Origin: Patescibacteria group bacterium UBA6220
Lineage (GTDB): Bacteria > Patescibacteriota > Minisyncoccia > Minisyncoccales > Minisyncoccaceae
Assembly (NCBI GenBank): GCA_002421745.1
Contig: DISC01000006.1
Location: 87,610 to 151,609 of the forward strand
Length of the DNA: 64,000 bases
Reading direction: 5' to 3'
Shown here: positions 10,073 to 19,755 of the stretch, one piece after another
How the letters are laid out: each line of letters opens with the position of its first letter
Numbering within the stretch: position 1 is the stretch's first letter
The notes under the pieces: generated by a model
Seen by the model: the letters and a program-made list of their open reading frames with translations, nothing else
The model's database searches: none
Told to the model about the DNA's origin: nothing
Program-made: the position numbers and the translations under genes

Positions 10073-10339
10073 TTACTTATCTTTATTTTGATTAATAACT
10101 TCAACTAATTTAATTTTATCTACTTCGCCACTTAAACGCAAGAATTCAACATCATCTTTATCTAAGAATATAAAGGTTGGCATAGCAGTAATATTATATT
10201 TATCTACAAAATCTTTATTTTGATCAAAATCAAAATATTCAGTTTGAAGCCAGGGATTTTCTGATTCTATTTCTTTCCATCTTGGCCCCATAACTTTACA
10301 ACCCGAACACCAAACTGCTCCAATTTTTAATACTTTCAT
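10073..10339 (-). CDS. Thioredoxin-fold protein
   Basis: 88 aa with redox motif WCSGCKVM and a cis-Pro context (AMPTFIF). Confidence 0.7.
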   Translation of the reverse strand: MKVLKIGAVWCSGCKVMGPRWKEIESENPWLQTEYFDFDQNKDFVDKYNITAMPTFIFLDKDDVEFLRLSGEVDKIKLVEVINQNKDK

Positions 10340-10364
10340 AAAATCTTTATTAATTTTATTATAA

Positions 10365-10398
10365 AATACAAAAACATCCCGTCCTTATGAGACGGGAT
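10365..10398 (-). terminator. Rho-independent terminator after the DUF5320 gene
   Basis: 8-bp stem atcccgtc/gacgggat with a 7-nt loop, followed on the minus strand by gtttttgtatt. Confidence 0.7.
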
Positions 10399-10403
10399 AC
10401 TTT

Positions 10404-10631
10404 TTATTCTTGATTTTCAATTTCAGTAATTCTTTCTTTGACAGCCTTTAATTCTTCTTCCAGCGATACTGCCTCTTCTTTAAGTAAATCTTTTTCTTCT
10501 TTTTTGGTAAAAAATCTTCTACCTCCGAATCCTCTACCAAAACCACGACCCAAACCATTGCAACATGGACCCATTCCTCTTCCTGTTCTAGCCCCCATTC
10601 CCATTGGTCCTGTTTTATCTAAATTAGGCAT
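10404..10631 (-). CDS. DUF5320-like small protein
   Basis: MPNLDKTGPMGMGARTGRGMGPC N-terminus with a coiled-coil tail. Sits in the usual DUF134/thioredoxin neighbourhood. Confidence 0.65.
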   Translation of the reverse strand: MPNLDKTGPMGMGARTGRGMGPCCNGLGRGFGRGFGGRRFFTKKEEKDLLKEEAVSLEEELKAVKERITEIENQE

Positions 10632-10720
10632 ATGTTTATTAATTATTGATTCTTATATAGCGATATGACTAGTATCGCCACCTATTATGAGTATATATTC
10701 ATAACAATATCTTGTCAAGC

Positions 10721-10749
10721 ATACAAAACGACCATCAAAATGATGGTCG
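10721..10749 (-). terminator. Rho-independent terminator after the Q/N-rich protein gene
   Basis: 9-bp stem cgaccatca/tgatggtcg with a 3-nt loop, followed on the minus strand by ttttgtat. Confidence 0.65.
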
Positions 10750-10783
10750 CTACTCCCCTTAAATTTTAAATTTATTTTTTTAC

Positions 10784-11575
10784 TTATCTAGAAAATAATC
10801 TAAATACCCAACCAAACAAACTAAATCCTTTTTGAGAACTCTCCAAGACACTCTCAATTTCCGAATTGGCTTGTTCAAGAAGTTGAGCTTGTTGAGTCAA
10901 AACTTGTTGATCTGCCTGGTCACTAAGTTGCGTTTTAATTTGATTTAATTGTTGAATTTGTTCACGATTTTGTTCCAATATTTTTTCTGCATTACTTATC
11001 TCTGCATAATTAGGGCCAACAAAAAATTTAACAAATTCATTGCGACTCTGTACTTTTTGTAAGCTTTCTTCTATTTTTTCTTGATTTTGAGTTTGAGTTT
11101 GAGCAATAATTTTTATTTCTTGACCAATCCCTGTGTTTCTTTCTGCAACCTGAAGCATTTCTTGGGCTGCATTAGCCACTTGGCTTCTCCTTTGTTGAGC
11201 ATTAATCAAACCAGATTGAGCCTGTGTTTCTTGGTTATTATTTTGAACTTGGGCATTCTCTTGATTCTTTACTTGATTTTGAACTTGAGCATTATTCCCT
11301 GTTCCGTCCTGTAAATTTTGCTGAGTTTGTTGCTGCGATTGTTGTTGAATTTGCGCCCCATTTGTTTCATTTTGATTTGCATTATTTCCAGTTTGAGTTT
11401 GTTCGTTGTTTTCTATTTTTATTTGAATATTTTCTCCTTGATTTACAGTTTGTGTTTGTTGCTGATTTTGAGTTCCACTATTGGCTCCAGCTCCACCATT
11501 TTGAGCTGCATAAGCACTACCAACAAAAACAAATGTTATTAATAATAATCCTATAATTAAATGTTGTTTTTTCAT
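10784..11575 (-). CDS. Secreted Q/N-rich low-complexity protein
   Basis: Signal peptide (LLLITFVFVGSAYA). Long Gln/Asn-rich repeats. C-terminal coiled-coil region. Confidence 0.6.
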   Translation of the reverse strand: MKKQHLIIGLLLITFVFVGSAYAAQNGGAGANSGTQNQQQTQTVNQGENIQIKIENNEQTQTGNNANQNETNGAQIQQQSQQQTQQNLQDGTGNNAQVQNQVKNQENAQVQNNNQETQAQSGLINAQQRRSQVANAAQEMLQVAERNTGIGQEIKIIAQTQTQNQEKIEESLQKVQSRNEFVKFFVGPNYAEISNAEKILEQNREQIQQLNQIKTQLSDQADQQVLTQQAQLLEQANSEIESVLESSQKGFSLFGWVFRLFSR

Positions 11576-11679
11576 ATTTTTTAATAAATTATTTATAATC
11601 TACCTCTTTATACTATTGTACTATAAAAACCATACAAATCAACCAATCATTTACTGTAATTTTATTTTAACAATTTCTA

Positions 11680-12243
11680 TTAATTCATAGGAAACTTAAA
11701 AGTATCTAGCATTTTTTCAAAAATTACCATACAAGATTGATATTTATCCATAGATGCTACCATATCTATTCTATTTGAAGTATTATTAAAATAAATTACT
11801 CCTACGGGAGCAGAATTTTCTACAGGAAACTTGCTAAATTTTATACCCGGCAATTCATCAACAATACAAACCTCTTCTTTATATCCATGCTGTCTATACC
11901 AATCCATCTCAAAATTACTATCAGTGCCATTGGATACAATTAATATATTTAACGAACAATATCCATTATCATCCCATCTATGTCCAATAATTGTTGCTGG
12001 AGGAAATCCAACTTCTTTTTGGAGCATCCATTCTTTTGGATATTTTATTTCAAAATTATGTATTTGATTTGTATAAGTTTCCCAATCTATTGTTTCATTT
12101 TCAATATTGCTTTGAGACAAATTTATTTGATTATTTTCCTTAAAAAACCAATCATGCTGAAAAGCCAAGACTGTGCCAATTAAAATAAGAATTGCAATAA
12201 TTATTACAAAAAACCATCTTCTTTCAAATAAACCTTTCAACAT
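11680..12243 (-). CDS. Membrane-anchored hypothetical protein
   Basis: 187 aa with an N-terminal TM helix (WFFVIIIAILILIGTVLAF). Confidence 0.5.
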   Translation of the reverse strand: MLKGLFERRWFFVIIIAILILIGTVLAFQHDWFFKENNQINLSQSNIENETIDWETYTNQIHNFEIKYPKEWMLQKEVGFPPATIIGHRWDDNGYCSLNILIVSNGTDSNFEMDWYRQHGYKEEVCIVDELPGIKFSKFPVENSAPVGVIYFNNTSNRIDMVASMDKYQSCMVIFEKMLDTFKFPMN

Positions 12244-12266
12244 ATTTTATATATTTCAATTATTAT

Positions 12267-12626
12267 TTATGGACAATGAGATTGTTTGTTTTTTTGAAGC
12301 CAATTTATCAGAAAAAGCACTCCAATAAAAATAGCTGGTCCAGATATAAAAACATACCAAGTCCAATGACGATCCAAGCCAACCATCCAAACATACCAAA
12401 AAGCCATAGCAAAAAAAGCGATTGCTCCCACTAAATCATATTTCCAAGCAGCAATAGTTACTCCAATCAATAAAAATACAGGCAAAAGATGCATAAAAAG
12501 AGCTATCGCAAGCTCCCAACCACTATATTCTCCAAAAACATCTAAAGAAAACAATGAAATAAATAAAACAAAAACTATACTTAAAATTCGCGGCAACCAA
12601 TAAATAATTTTTTTAAAAGTTGACAT
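12267..12626 (-). CDS. 4-TM small membrane protein
   Basis: 119 aa, hydrophobic throughout. Confidence 0.5.
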   Translation of the reverse strand: MSTFKKIIYWLPRILSIVFVLFISLFSLDVFGEYSGWELAIALFMHLLPVFLLIGVTIAAWKYDLVGAIAFFAMAFWYVWMVGLDRHWTWYVFISGPAIFIGVLFLINWLQKNKQSHCP

Positions 12627-12638
12627 AATATTAATTAT

Positions 12639-12827
12639 TTATTTTTCAGTCACAAACTTGATAATAAAATATATTGTCGTTACTGCAAATAATCCCCACC
12701 AAAACCATAAAAGACCTGCCAAATAACTATAAAAATATAAACCCAATAAAATCCCCAAAGAAAGAAGGCAAATTTTTATAAAACCTATCTCCCACCATTG
12801 AAATGTCCATTTTTTAAAAATTTTCAT
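12639..12827 (-). CDS. 2-TM mini membrane protein
   Basis: 62 aa hydrophobic ORF, tightly packed with its neighbours. Confidence 0.4.
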   Translation of the reverse strand: MKIFKKWTFQWWEIGFIKICLLSLGILLGLYFYSYLAGLLWFWWGLFAVTTIYFIIKFVTEK

Positions 12828-12866
12828 ATATTTTTTTTATTATAATAATTATTATTCTAAAAATAA

Positions 12867-13961
12867 TTATGGCTGAAAAATATCTTGTGGCTCAAAACGA
12901 ACCTGTTGAATTTCCGAAAACTGTTTTGCAGTAGCTTCAATTTGAAGCCACAATATCCCGGTCCGACACGACCCACCAATAGTCTTATTATTGGGATCAT
13001 TAAATGTAAGCGTTAAAACTCCGTTATTTTCCGATGCAGCCTCTAATGAAAATCCTTGCAATGGATATTCCGTACTAATACCCTGCGCCATTTCCGCACT
13101 TGTTAAATTTCCAGAAATAAGAAGCTTTATGGTGTCTTGTATAGGTGTATTGGTTATAGGAATTTCGCGATCTACGGACACTAGCCCGTTTTTACTACAA
13201 AGAATATTTCCACTATTATCTTTATCTAAGCTTGCATCATAATAATACAATTTTACTTTTCTTAATTGCTCAGTAGATCTTTGTATTAATATATTTTTTA
13301 CAAATACCATATCATTAATTTTCCACCCAACAATTTGAACTCTGTCTCCCGCTTCTAAGGATGTTTCCAAGCAAGATTTGGAAATCGAATTAATTTGACA
13401 AAGACTTTCTTCGCTAAATTTAAGTTCATTATATAATGCTGGCGAACCTTGTTTTTCATAAACTAAATACCAAATACCTGATTTAAGACCGGGATTATCC
13501 TTCACAAGATTTCCCATTTCAAAAAAATCAGTTTGTTTTTCCGCTGCCTTCAAAGTAACTGGGATTCGAAGCTCTCCATCATTCTGAGGAAGACCCGACG
13601 GATTATCCCTTTGCAAAACAAGTGTTCCTTGTTGATCTTTTGGAATCGAAAAAAACAGAACACTTTCAAATGGAACAAATTTTTCTGTCATCCAATCTTC
13701 CTGAGCTTGAGCATAAGTTTGTTTAATAATATTCCCATTCTCATCAAGCAATTTTATTGGAAATGTGGCCTCAAAAAACCAATAGCCCACAGCCTCTCCA
13801 TTGACAATAAAAGGACTTTGAATTTCTTGATTTAATTGCGGATTTTCAACTTTAATAAGTACAGCTTCAGGTTCCTGATTTACTAATTTTTGACCAAGAA
13901 AACCCAAGGTAAAAATACCGACTATTATCACAAGTACAATAATTAATAATATTTTTTTCAT
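12867..13961 (-). CDS. Exported protein with Gmad2 Ig-like and GerMN-like domains
   Basis: Signal anchor. SPFIVNGEAVGYWFFEATFPIKLLDENGN is Gmad2-like. KVKLYYYD...IKLLISGNLTSAEMAQGISTEYP is GerMN-like. Confidence 0.55.
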   Translation of the reverse strand: MKKILLIIVLVIIVGIFTLGFLGQKLVNQEPEAVLIKVENPQLNQEIQSPFIVNGEAVGYWFFEATFPIKLLDENGNIIKQTYAQAQEDWMTEKFVPFESVLFFSIPKDQQGTLVLQRDNPSGLPQNDGELRIPVTLKAAEKQTDFFEMGNLVKDNPGLKSGIWYLVYEKQGSPALYNELKFSEESLCQINSISKSCLETSLEAGDRVQIVGWKINDMVFVKNILIQRSTEQLRKVKLYYYDASLDKDNSGNILCSKNGLVSVDREIPITNTPIQDTIKLLISGNLTSAEMAQGISTEYPLQGFSLEAASENNGVLTLTFNDPNNKTIGGSCRTGILWLQIEATAKQFSEIQQVRFEPQDIFQP

Positions 13962-13986
13962 ATTTTTATTATATCATAAAATTTAA

Positions 13987-14940
13987 TCAAAAATCACCTA
14001 AAAGAAGATTGTTTTGTTTAATTCCTTGAGTTGTCCATATAAACCTCAATGGATCAACAGACACGCCTCTCATAGTAATAGAAAAATGCAAATGTGGCGC
14101 TATAGAATATCCCGTATTGCCAGATAAACCTATATTATCTCCTAATTTTATAATCTGTCCTTCCCTAACATCAAATCTATTAAGATGCAAATACAAAGAA
14201 TAAACACCCAATCCATGATCCACTATTACGGTGTTTCCATAATTTGTCATACCTCTGACAAAAACAACCTTACCATCATTTACAGCATAAATAGGTGTAT
14301 TTAAGGGAGCCTCTAAATCTACCCCCAAATGTTGTATTTTATAATTTTGCGATTTACGAATATTGCCAAAAGAGCCTACATCTTTAACTTTAAAAACTGG
14401 ATAAACAAAAGGTTTGGTAATATAAGATACTGGTGTAATAACGTTTAAAACTTTAGCTAAGCTTTTATTCTCAATATTAATTATATTATTTATTATATTT
14501 TTACTGGTATATCCTTTTTGAGCTAACTCCTTAGTGACAACCATCTTTGTTTCCAAAAAACTTCTCTTAACTACAGTTATGTTTTTTTCGAAAATTGCTT
14601 TATTGGGAACACTAACAGAAAGCTTGTATTCTCCAGGCGTCTTATTTAAGGGAGCTCCCGTGATTGCAATCCAATCTTTATTGTCTTCGTTTCGAAAAAA
14701 ATGTAATTTCACTGAGCCAAAACTTCCAGTAATTTCATTTACTTCATCTTTTACCACAATCAAAAAAGTATCTGCTTGAGAAATAATTTCAGCAGAAACA
14801 AGTACTCTAGGAGGCAGAGCCGGACTATCAGCTCTTGCAAAACAAGCGGGACAAAAAATAGAACCCGCAATTATACATATTAAAATTAATGAAAATTTAC
14901 GAAACATATGTGTAATTCTCTTAATTTTATCTATTTCCAT
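13987..14940 (-). CDS. M23 family metallopeptidase
   Basis: HLGVDLEAP (HxxxD) and APHLHFSI (HxH) motifs, with an N-terminal signal anchor. Confidence 0.85.
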   Translation of the reverse strand: MEIDKIKRITHMFRKFSLILICIIAGSIFCPACFARADSPALPPRVLVSAEIISQADTFLIVVKDEVNEITGSFGSVKLHFFRNEDNKDWIAITGAPLNKTPGEYKLSVSVPNKAIFEKNITVVKRSFLETKMVVTKELAQKGYTSKNIINNIINIENKSLAKVLNVITPVSYITKPFVYPVFKVKDVGSFGNIRKSQNYKIQHLGVDLEAPLNTPIYAVNDGKVVFVRGMTNYGNTVIVDHGLGVYSLYLHLNRFDVREGQIIKLGDNIGLSGNTGYSIAPHLHFSITMRGVSVDPLRFIWTTQGIKQNNLLLGDF

Positions 14941-14998
14941 TATACCACAAAAAATTACGTTTTTAAGTAATTTTAAGTTTTTGACAATATGTACAATA

Positions 14999-15610
14999 TT
15001 ATTTAAATTTTAAACTTTCGAGCACATTATAAAAAATCTCGCGATATTCCGGCCATTTCTCTGCAGTTGTATTGTCTGAAATTGTAAAATACTTATCTTT
15101 ATTTAAAATCACTACAAGTATAATCTTAAAATTAACATCCTGCATAAATAAATCTGCTTCCAAAACTTTGGCTGACTGACCATCGATCTTTCTTTCAATT
15201 TCAGAAGTAAAAGAAATCGACGGAACAGCGCTTTCCACCTGTCGCTTAACCAAATCAACTATTTCGTTTAATTTGCCTTCATTAATATTATCAAAAGACA
15301 CGGCCATATAACTCTTAAAATGAATTTTTTCAGCGGCACTATTTTTGGGATGAACCTCTTTGGCATTTTGATAAGCCACTAAAGTATTTGGCATTTCTAC
15401 TTGAATCCATCCAGTTGGCGGAATAAAAGTAAAATAATCTCCAACGTATGGATTGCTAGACTTCAAGGAATCAGTCGGTATAAAATTTTTTTCTACTGAT
15501 TGCAAATCCGAATTATTCTGATTTTTTACCAAATTTAAAAAATAAAAAGCCGAAACAATAACAACGACCACAACCATTAATACAGCCAAGAAAATAATTA
15601 TTTTTTTCAT
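14999..15610 (-). CDS. Membrane-anchored hypothetical protein
   Basis: 203 aa with an N-terminal TM helix. Confidence 0.5.
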   Translation of the reverse strand: MKKIIIFLAVLMVVVVVIVSAFYFLNLVKNQNNSDLQSVEKNFIPTDSLKSSNPYVGDYFTFIPPTGWIQVEMPNTLVAYQNAKEVHPKNSAAEKIHFKSYMAVSFDNINEGKLNEIVDLVKRQVESAVPSISFTSEIERKIDGQSAKVLEADLFMQDVNFKIILVVILNKDKYFTISDNTTAEKWPEYREIFYNVLESLKFK

Positions 15611-15725
15611 ATTTTTAAAAATTACAACATCTCAAAAAGAGATGTTGCCGTTAGTTAATTGATTATTAATTATTTGACTATTTTTTATATTTTTATATTT
15701 TTTCATATAAAACAGCTTAAAAATT

Positions 15726-16133
15726 TTATTGTCTGACTCCGCAACGATATTCTCCTAATTCTTTTTTATCAAAAGTATTCAAGCTAAGTAGTACATAAGA
15801 TTCGAGTTCTGCACCTAGCCCCATTGAAGTATATTCTGTTAATTTTGGACAATTATCTTCTGTTACCTTCTCTTTTATGGGATTCCAATATGAAATTGTG
15901 TTATTTTCTACGACTATTGGTTTAGAATAATAATCTGTATAAACTTCTTTTCTACTATTTAAATCATAAATAGAAAGAATTCTGGGATCTGGAGCTGTTC
16001 CAATATCAAGAATTAAAAAATCGCCCTCAAACGCTAAAAAATACATGGGACCAGAACCAACTTCAAAATCATCTTTTTCAACAACATATTTACAAGGAAT
16101 ATTTTGATTTTCCATTGTCTTATATTTTATCAA
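15726..16133 (-). CDS. Hypothetical soluble protein (start uncertain)
   Basis: The ORF-track start is a TTG; the first ATG is at 16115. The frame stays open upstream to the TAA of the preceding gene (see findings). Confidence 0.4.
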   Translation of the reverse strand: MIKYKTMENQNIPCKYVVEKDDFEVGSGPMYFLAFEGDFLILDIGTAPDPRILSIYDLNSRKEVYTDYYSKPIVVENNTISYWNPIKEKVTEDNCPKLTEYTSMGLGAELESYVLLSLNTFDKKELGEYRCGVRQ

Positions 16134-16232
16134 AATATTTGAATCTTTGGTTATAAAAAAATACTTAGAACTATCATGACATTCTGCATTATCTATTATT
16201 TGAATTTGTTGATTTCCAACTAATTGTTGCTC

Positions 16233-16583
16233 TTAATTTTGTAATTGAACCTGATTAGATTGGATTGATTTATTATTTATTAAATAACAACCAACACCCC
16301 CAATAATCAACAACACCAAAACAATTAATACAATTCTTCTACTAGTGTTGTTTTTGCAAGCACGCTTAACAAAAAATATTACTACATCAATAAGTATGAC
16401 CAAAAACGAAAGAAAAATCACAACATTCTTAATAATCTTTATTTCGCAATAATTTCCAATAAAACCATTTCGAAAATATGCCATTGTAAAAAAATCGCAG
16501 TATTCTTTTCCATAAATAGACCAAAAGGAGAATATGATAATAATAGCCAAGAAAACTATTGTTCTTTTTATTATTCCTAGCAT
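16233..16583 (-). CDS. 3-TM mini membrane protein, paralog of 17421-17804
   Basis: Shares KRT(I/V)..., W.IY....C.F, a second loop Cys and a D(V/L)(V/F)I..(V/L)K pattern with the 127-aa ORF. Confidence 0.5.
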   Translation of the reverse strand: MLGIIKRTIVFLAIIIIFSFWSIYGKEYCDFFTMAYFRNGFIGNYCEIKIIKNVVIFLSFLVILIDVVIFFVKRACKNNTSRRIVLIVLVLLIIGGVGCYLINNKSIQSNQVQLQN

Positions 16584-16620
16584 GATTTAATATATTATTT
16601 TAATATTTTTTTATTTTAAT

Positions 16621-17319
16621 TTAATCTATGGCTTCTATTCTCCACATCTCGTCTTCTTTAATCAAGATGGCTCTATTTCTGCCAATATTTGTAAAATAAA
16701 CCTGAACCACTCCATTGATTTCGACTGATTGTTCAATCTTCAAACCTGAAGCAAAGTCTTGTGCTCCTAGTATTGGATCAAAATCAAGGTATCTGTCACC
16801 AAAAATCTCCTCAGCCCTATCAAGAAGATCATTAAAATATTTCCTATAATTATTACTATAAAACGTGCTTTCTGTTATATTATCTAATGAAAAGTTGTCA
16901 TATATTGCGGCAATGTGCTTGCCTAAAGCCATAAATACCACCTGTTCCGGCGAAAACCCTGATCTATTTTCAATATTTTTAAAATGCTCCGTATTTTGCT
17001 GAATGTTAATATTTTTATTTAAAAAAGATTCTTCAAAAAAGAATTCTCCCATTATTAAAGTCTCCTTGTGAGTATTGTCTCTATCTTTTTCTCCTTGATT
17101 CGATATATTTGTATTTATTTTATCTCTTGTACTAGTTGTTAATAAATTTCCGGTGTCAGATGAAAGCGATTTATTATAAACATAGCAAGCTAAAACAATC
17201 ATAGATACACAAGAAAAAACTGCGAATATAACCGCAATTATCCCTAAAATAAATATACTTAATGATGGTATTTTTTTAGGAATAAAACCCAACCAAAAGT
17301 TATCTTTATTTTCTTGCAT
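16621..17319 (-). CDS. Membrane-anchored hypothetical protein
   Basis: 232 aa with one TM helix (LSIFILGIIAVIFAVFSCVSMIVLACYVY). Confidence 0.5.
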   Translation of the reverse strand: MQENKDNFWLGFIPKKIPSLSIFILGIIAVIFAVFSCVSMIVLACYVYNKSLSSDTGNLLTTSTRDKINTNISNQGEKDRDNTHKETLIMGEFFFEESFLNKNINIQQNTEHFKNIENRSGFSPEQVVFMALGKHIAAIYDNFSLDNITESTFYSNNYRKYFNDLLDRAEEIFGDRYLDFDPILGAQDFASGLKIEQSVEINGVVQVYFTNIGRNRAILIKEDEMWRIEAID

Positions 17320-17420
17320 ATTTTTTAATTTCGCTACTTTAAACTATTATACTACAAACAAAAAACCGACGCAAAGGTTGGCCTCGAATCAAAATACCAA
17401 AAAAAATTAAAACCTTTTTA

Positions 17421-17804
17421 TTAAATCCTTCCAATGATATGAAAATATGCTAATAAAAATTTTAAACTATAAAAAATTAACGCTACTCCCAATAGTAAAA
17501 CAAAAATTTTTATTATTTTAACATGATTGTTTTCACTATTTTTAATATAATCAATAGTAAATATTGATATATGTTTAGCAATAAATTTTAATAATCTAAT
17601 AAACAAATCCAAGAAAAGCCATATAATTACTCCAATTTTTAAAAGTACTAAACCGCAACCATTTCCCCTGCCAGTTCCCCCAAAATTACAACTATCATTA
17701 CTATAAATCAACCATAAGCACAATAATATTATAATTATCAAATAAATAACGGTTCTTTTCCACGGACTATTTAAACAGCTTTTAATTATATTTTTTTGTT
17801 CCAT
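17421..17804 (-). CDS. 3-TM mini membrane protein, paralog of 16233-16583
   Basis: Same architecture and conserved Cys pair as 16233-16583. Confidence 0.5.
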   Translation of the reverse strand: MEQKNIIKSCLNSPWKRTVIYLIIIILLCLWLIYSNDSCNFGGTGRGNGCGLVLLKIGVIIWLFLDLFIRLLKFIAKHISIFTIDYIKNSENNHVKIIKIFVLLLGVALIFYSLKFLLAYFHIIGRI

Positions 17805-17841
17805 AATTTTTTATTAATTAAAAAATAGACCCACCTTTTGT

Positions 17842-18879
17842 TTAATTATTTATATTATTAATTTTTTTAATTTTATGATTATCACCCTTGAAAATATTAA
17901 TACTACATATGGGAAGAATAATTAAAATTAAACCGACCAACGCATCTATAATGTTTTTACTAGAATCATCAAATGCCGAAAATAACAAACCGCCCAAGAA
18001 TAGAAAAATTATCAAAACGCTTAATACTATATTAAAAATTGATATAATTCTTTTTATGTTTATATTCTTCGTCTTATTCCAACAAAACAGGCAGACCAAA
18101 TTAATTGTTGGATAAACTAATGGAATTAAATCATAAATATATTGATTTTTATCATGCCATTCTACTTTCGCAAGCATCATAACAGAAAATACTATATTAG
18201 CTATTATAAAAATACTAATTTTAATATTTTTATTTGATCCCTTTACATTTTCATTCTTTTCTATTTTTCTTTTCCTAAAAAACCCTCGTAAGACTTTTCC
18301 AATTATAATTAATAAAATTGCTAATAAAATCCACACTATAAAAATTATTAATATGCCCAATCCTTCTATTGCTGAATTAATAATACAAAAAACAAAAAAT
18401 GCCAAAGCCAAATAAGATAAGCTATTTGAAAAAAAAGACGCCAATAACACGCGACTCCACTTATTTGTTTTAATAAAAAACTTGAATATAATTGACTCTA
18501 TTAAAAAAGTACATATAAAAAATACTATAAAAAGCAGTGGTGCATTTATAATATTAAAATAATTATCTATAAAAAGATCTATTCTCCAATATATTATTAA
18601 AGAAATCAATCCAAGTCCCAAAACTGTGGTTATAAAATTTGCCAGAAAAGATATTTTAAATAATTTTAAAAATTTATCAAATAAAAAAAATTTAAAAATC
18701 GTGGCCTCAAACAAAGATACCACCAATAAAACAATCAATATAACTGGCCAAGCGGCAGGAATTAAAAATAAAAAAATGGGCAAAATAATCATGTTTGCCG
18801 AACAAAAAAACGGAAATAATATTAAGCTAAGTAAAAGTAATGTTAGCTTCCTATAAAAAAGAGTAATTTTTTGATTCAT
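17842..18879 (-). CDS. Polytopic membrane protein, unknown function
   Basis: 345 aa with roughly 9-10 hydrophobic helices. Confidence 0.5.
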   Translation of the reverse strand: MNQKITLFYRKLTLLLLSLILFPFFCSANMIILPIFLFLIPAAWPVILIVLLVVSLFEATIFKFFLFDKFLKLFKISFLANFITTVLGLGLISLIIYWRIDLFIDNYFNIINAPLLFIVFFICTFLIESIIFKFFIKTNKWSRVLLASFFSNSLSYLALAFFVFCIINSAIEGLGILIIFIVWILLAILLIIIGKVLRGFFRKRKIEKNENVKGSNKNIKISIFIIANIVFSVMMLAKVEWHDKNQYIYDLIPLVYPTINLVCLFCWNKTKNINIKRIISIFNIVLSVLIIFLFLGGLLFSAFDDSSKNIIDALVGLILIILPICSINIFKGDNHKIKKINNINN

Positions 18880-19013
18880 ACGTATGATAATAATTTATTG
18901 ACTAAAATAATTATACCAATATTGTTTATTAACGAAAAGGTCAACTATCTATCAACTTTTGAAATATCGATGCTTTTTAATATATCTCTCTGTCGCCTAA
19001 AATAACATAAAAA

Positions 19014-19745
19014 TTATTTAATCTCGGTTCCTCCCCACTCAACAACAGCAAATCCTTTTCTTTCAAATGTTTCTATTTTTTGAGGATCTATGTCTATTTT
19101 AGTATTTAGAGACTTATAAACCGTAAACACTCTTAACACAGAGTCTGGGCTGGGAGTTATTGTTAACTTGGCATTTTCAGTATATTCTTCTTGTGCAAAA
19201 TGAATTAAATTGTATTTATTTTCTTTCATTAATGGATATCAATAAACGATGAATTCATTATATTCTTTTGGAGTTAAGCCCATTTCTGAAAGAGTGCCTT
19301 GGAAAAAACCTTAGTATCCTCACCTCTCACAACAAAACCAGAGGTTAAATCATAATTAATACTATTTGTTTTTCCTTCCCAAAAAATATAACTATATTCT
19401 TTATTGTCTGCTAAATTTATCAAGTGCCCATCAGGATAAGCCACAACTTCCCATCCATCTATTTCTTGATTATAATCAGGATAATCATAAATAATTTTTC
19501 CATTAAATTTCAACTGAACTAAAGTTTTTTGTTTTTCTGTTGGATATAAATATATGACTGGTTTTGAAACAACAGAATAAGAACATCCCGTAGGATAATC
19601 TATCATCACGCTTACAATTCCGAAAGAAAATAACTCTTTAAAATTATATCCCTGACTAAAACCAATAGAATAAGAACATCCAAAAAAAACAAGGATCAAA
19701 AAATAGAAGACACCAATTTGTTTACAATTTTAATAGATTTATTCA
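19014..19745 (-). pseudogene. Decayed lipoprotein gene (two homopolymer frameshifts plus one in-frame TGA)
   Basis: ATG at 19745 gives MNKSIKIVNKLVSSIF, then T6 instead of T7 shifts frame into ...LILVFFGCSYS (lipobox). A second shift occurs in the T-run near 19305. TGA at 19239-19241 lies in ...NEFIVY*YPLMKENKY, linking ORFs 19274-19699 and 19014-19229. Confidence 0.6.
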
Positions 19746-19755
19746 TATTATTTTT

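Noticed and set aside
19239-19241. TGA read as a sense codon (code 4 or 25), as in some candidate phyla.
   Set aside because: All long conserved genes in the window (900-aa ATPase, NrdD, DnaG, RpoD and others) are uninterrupted under the standard code. The same gene also carries two frameshifts, so a nonsense mutation in a pseudogene is the simpler explanation.
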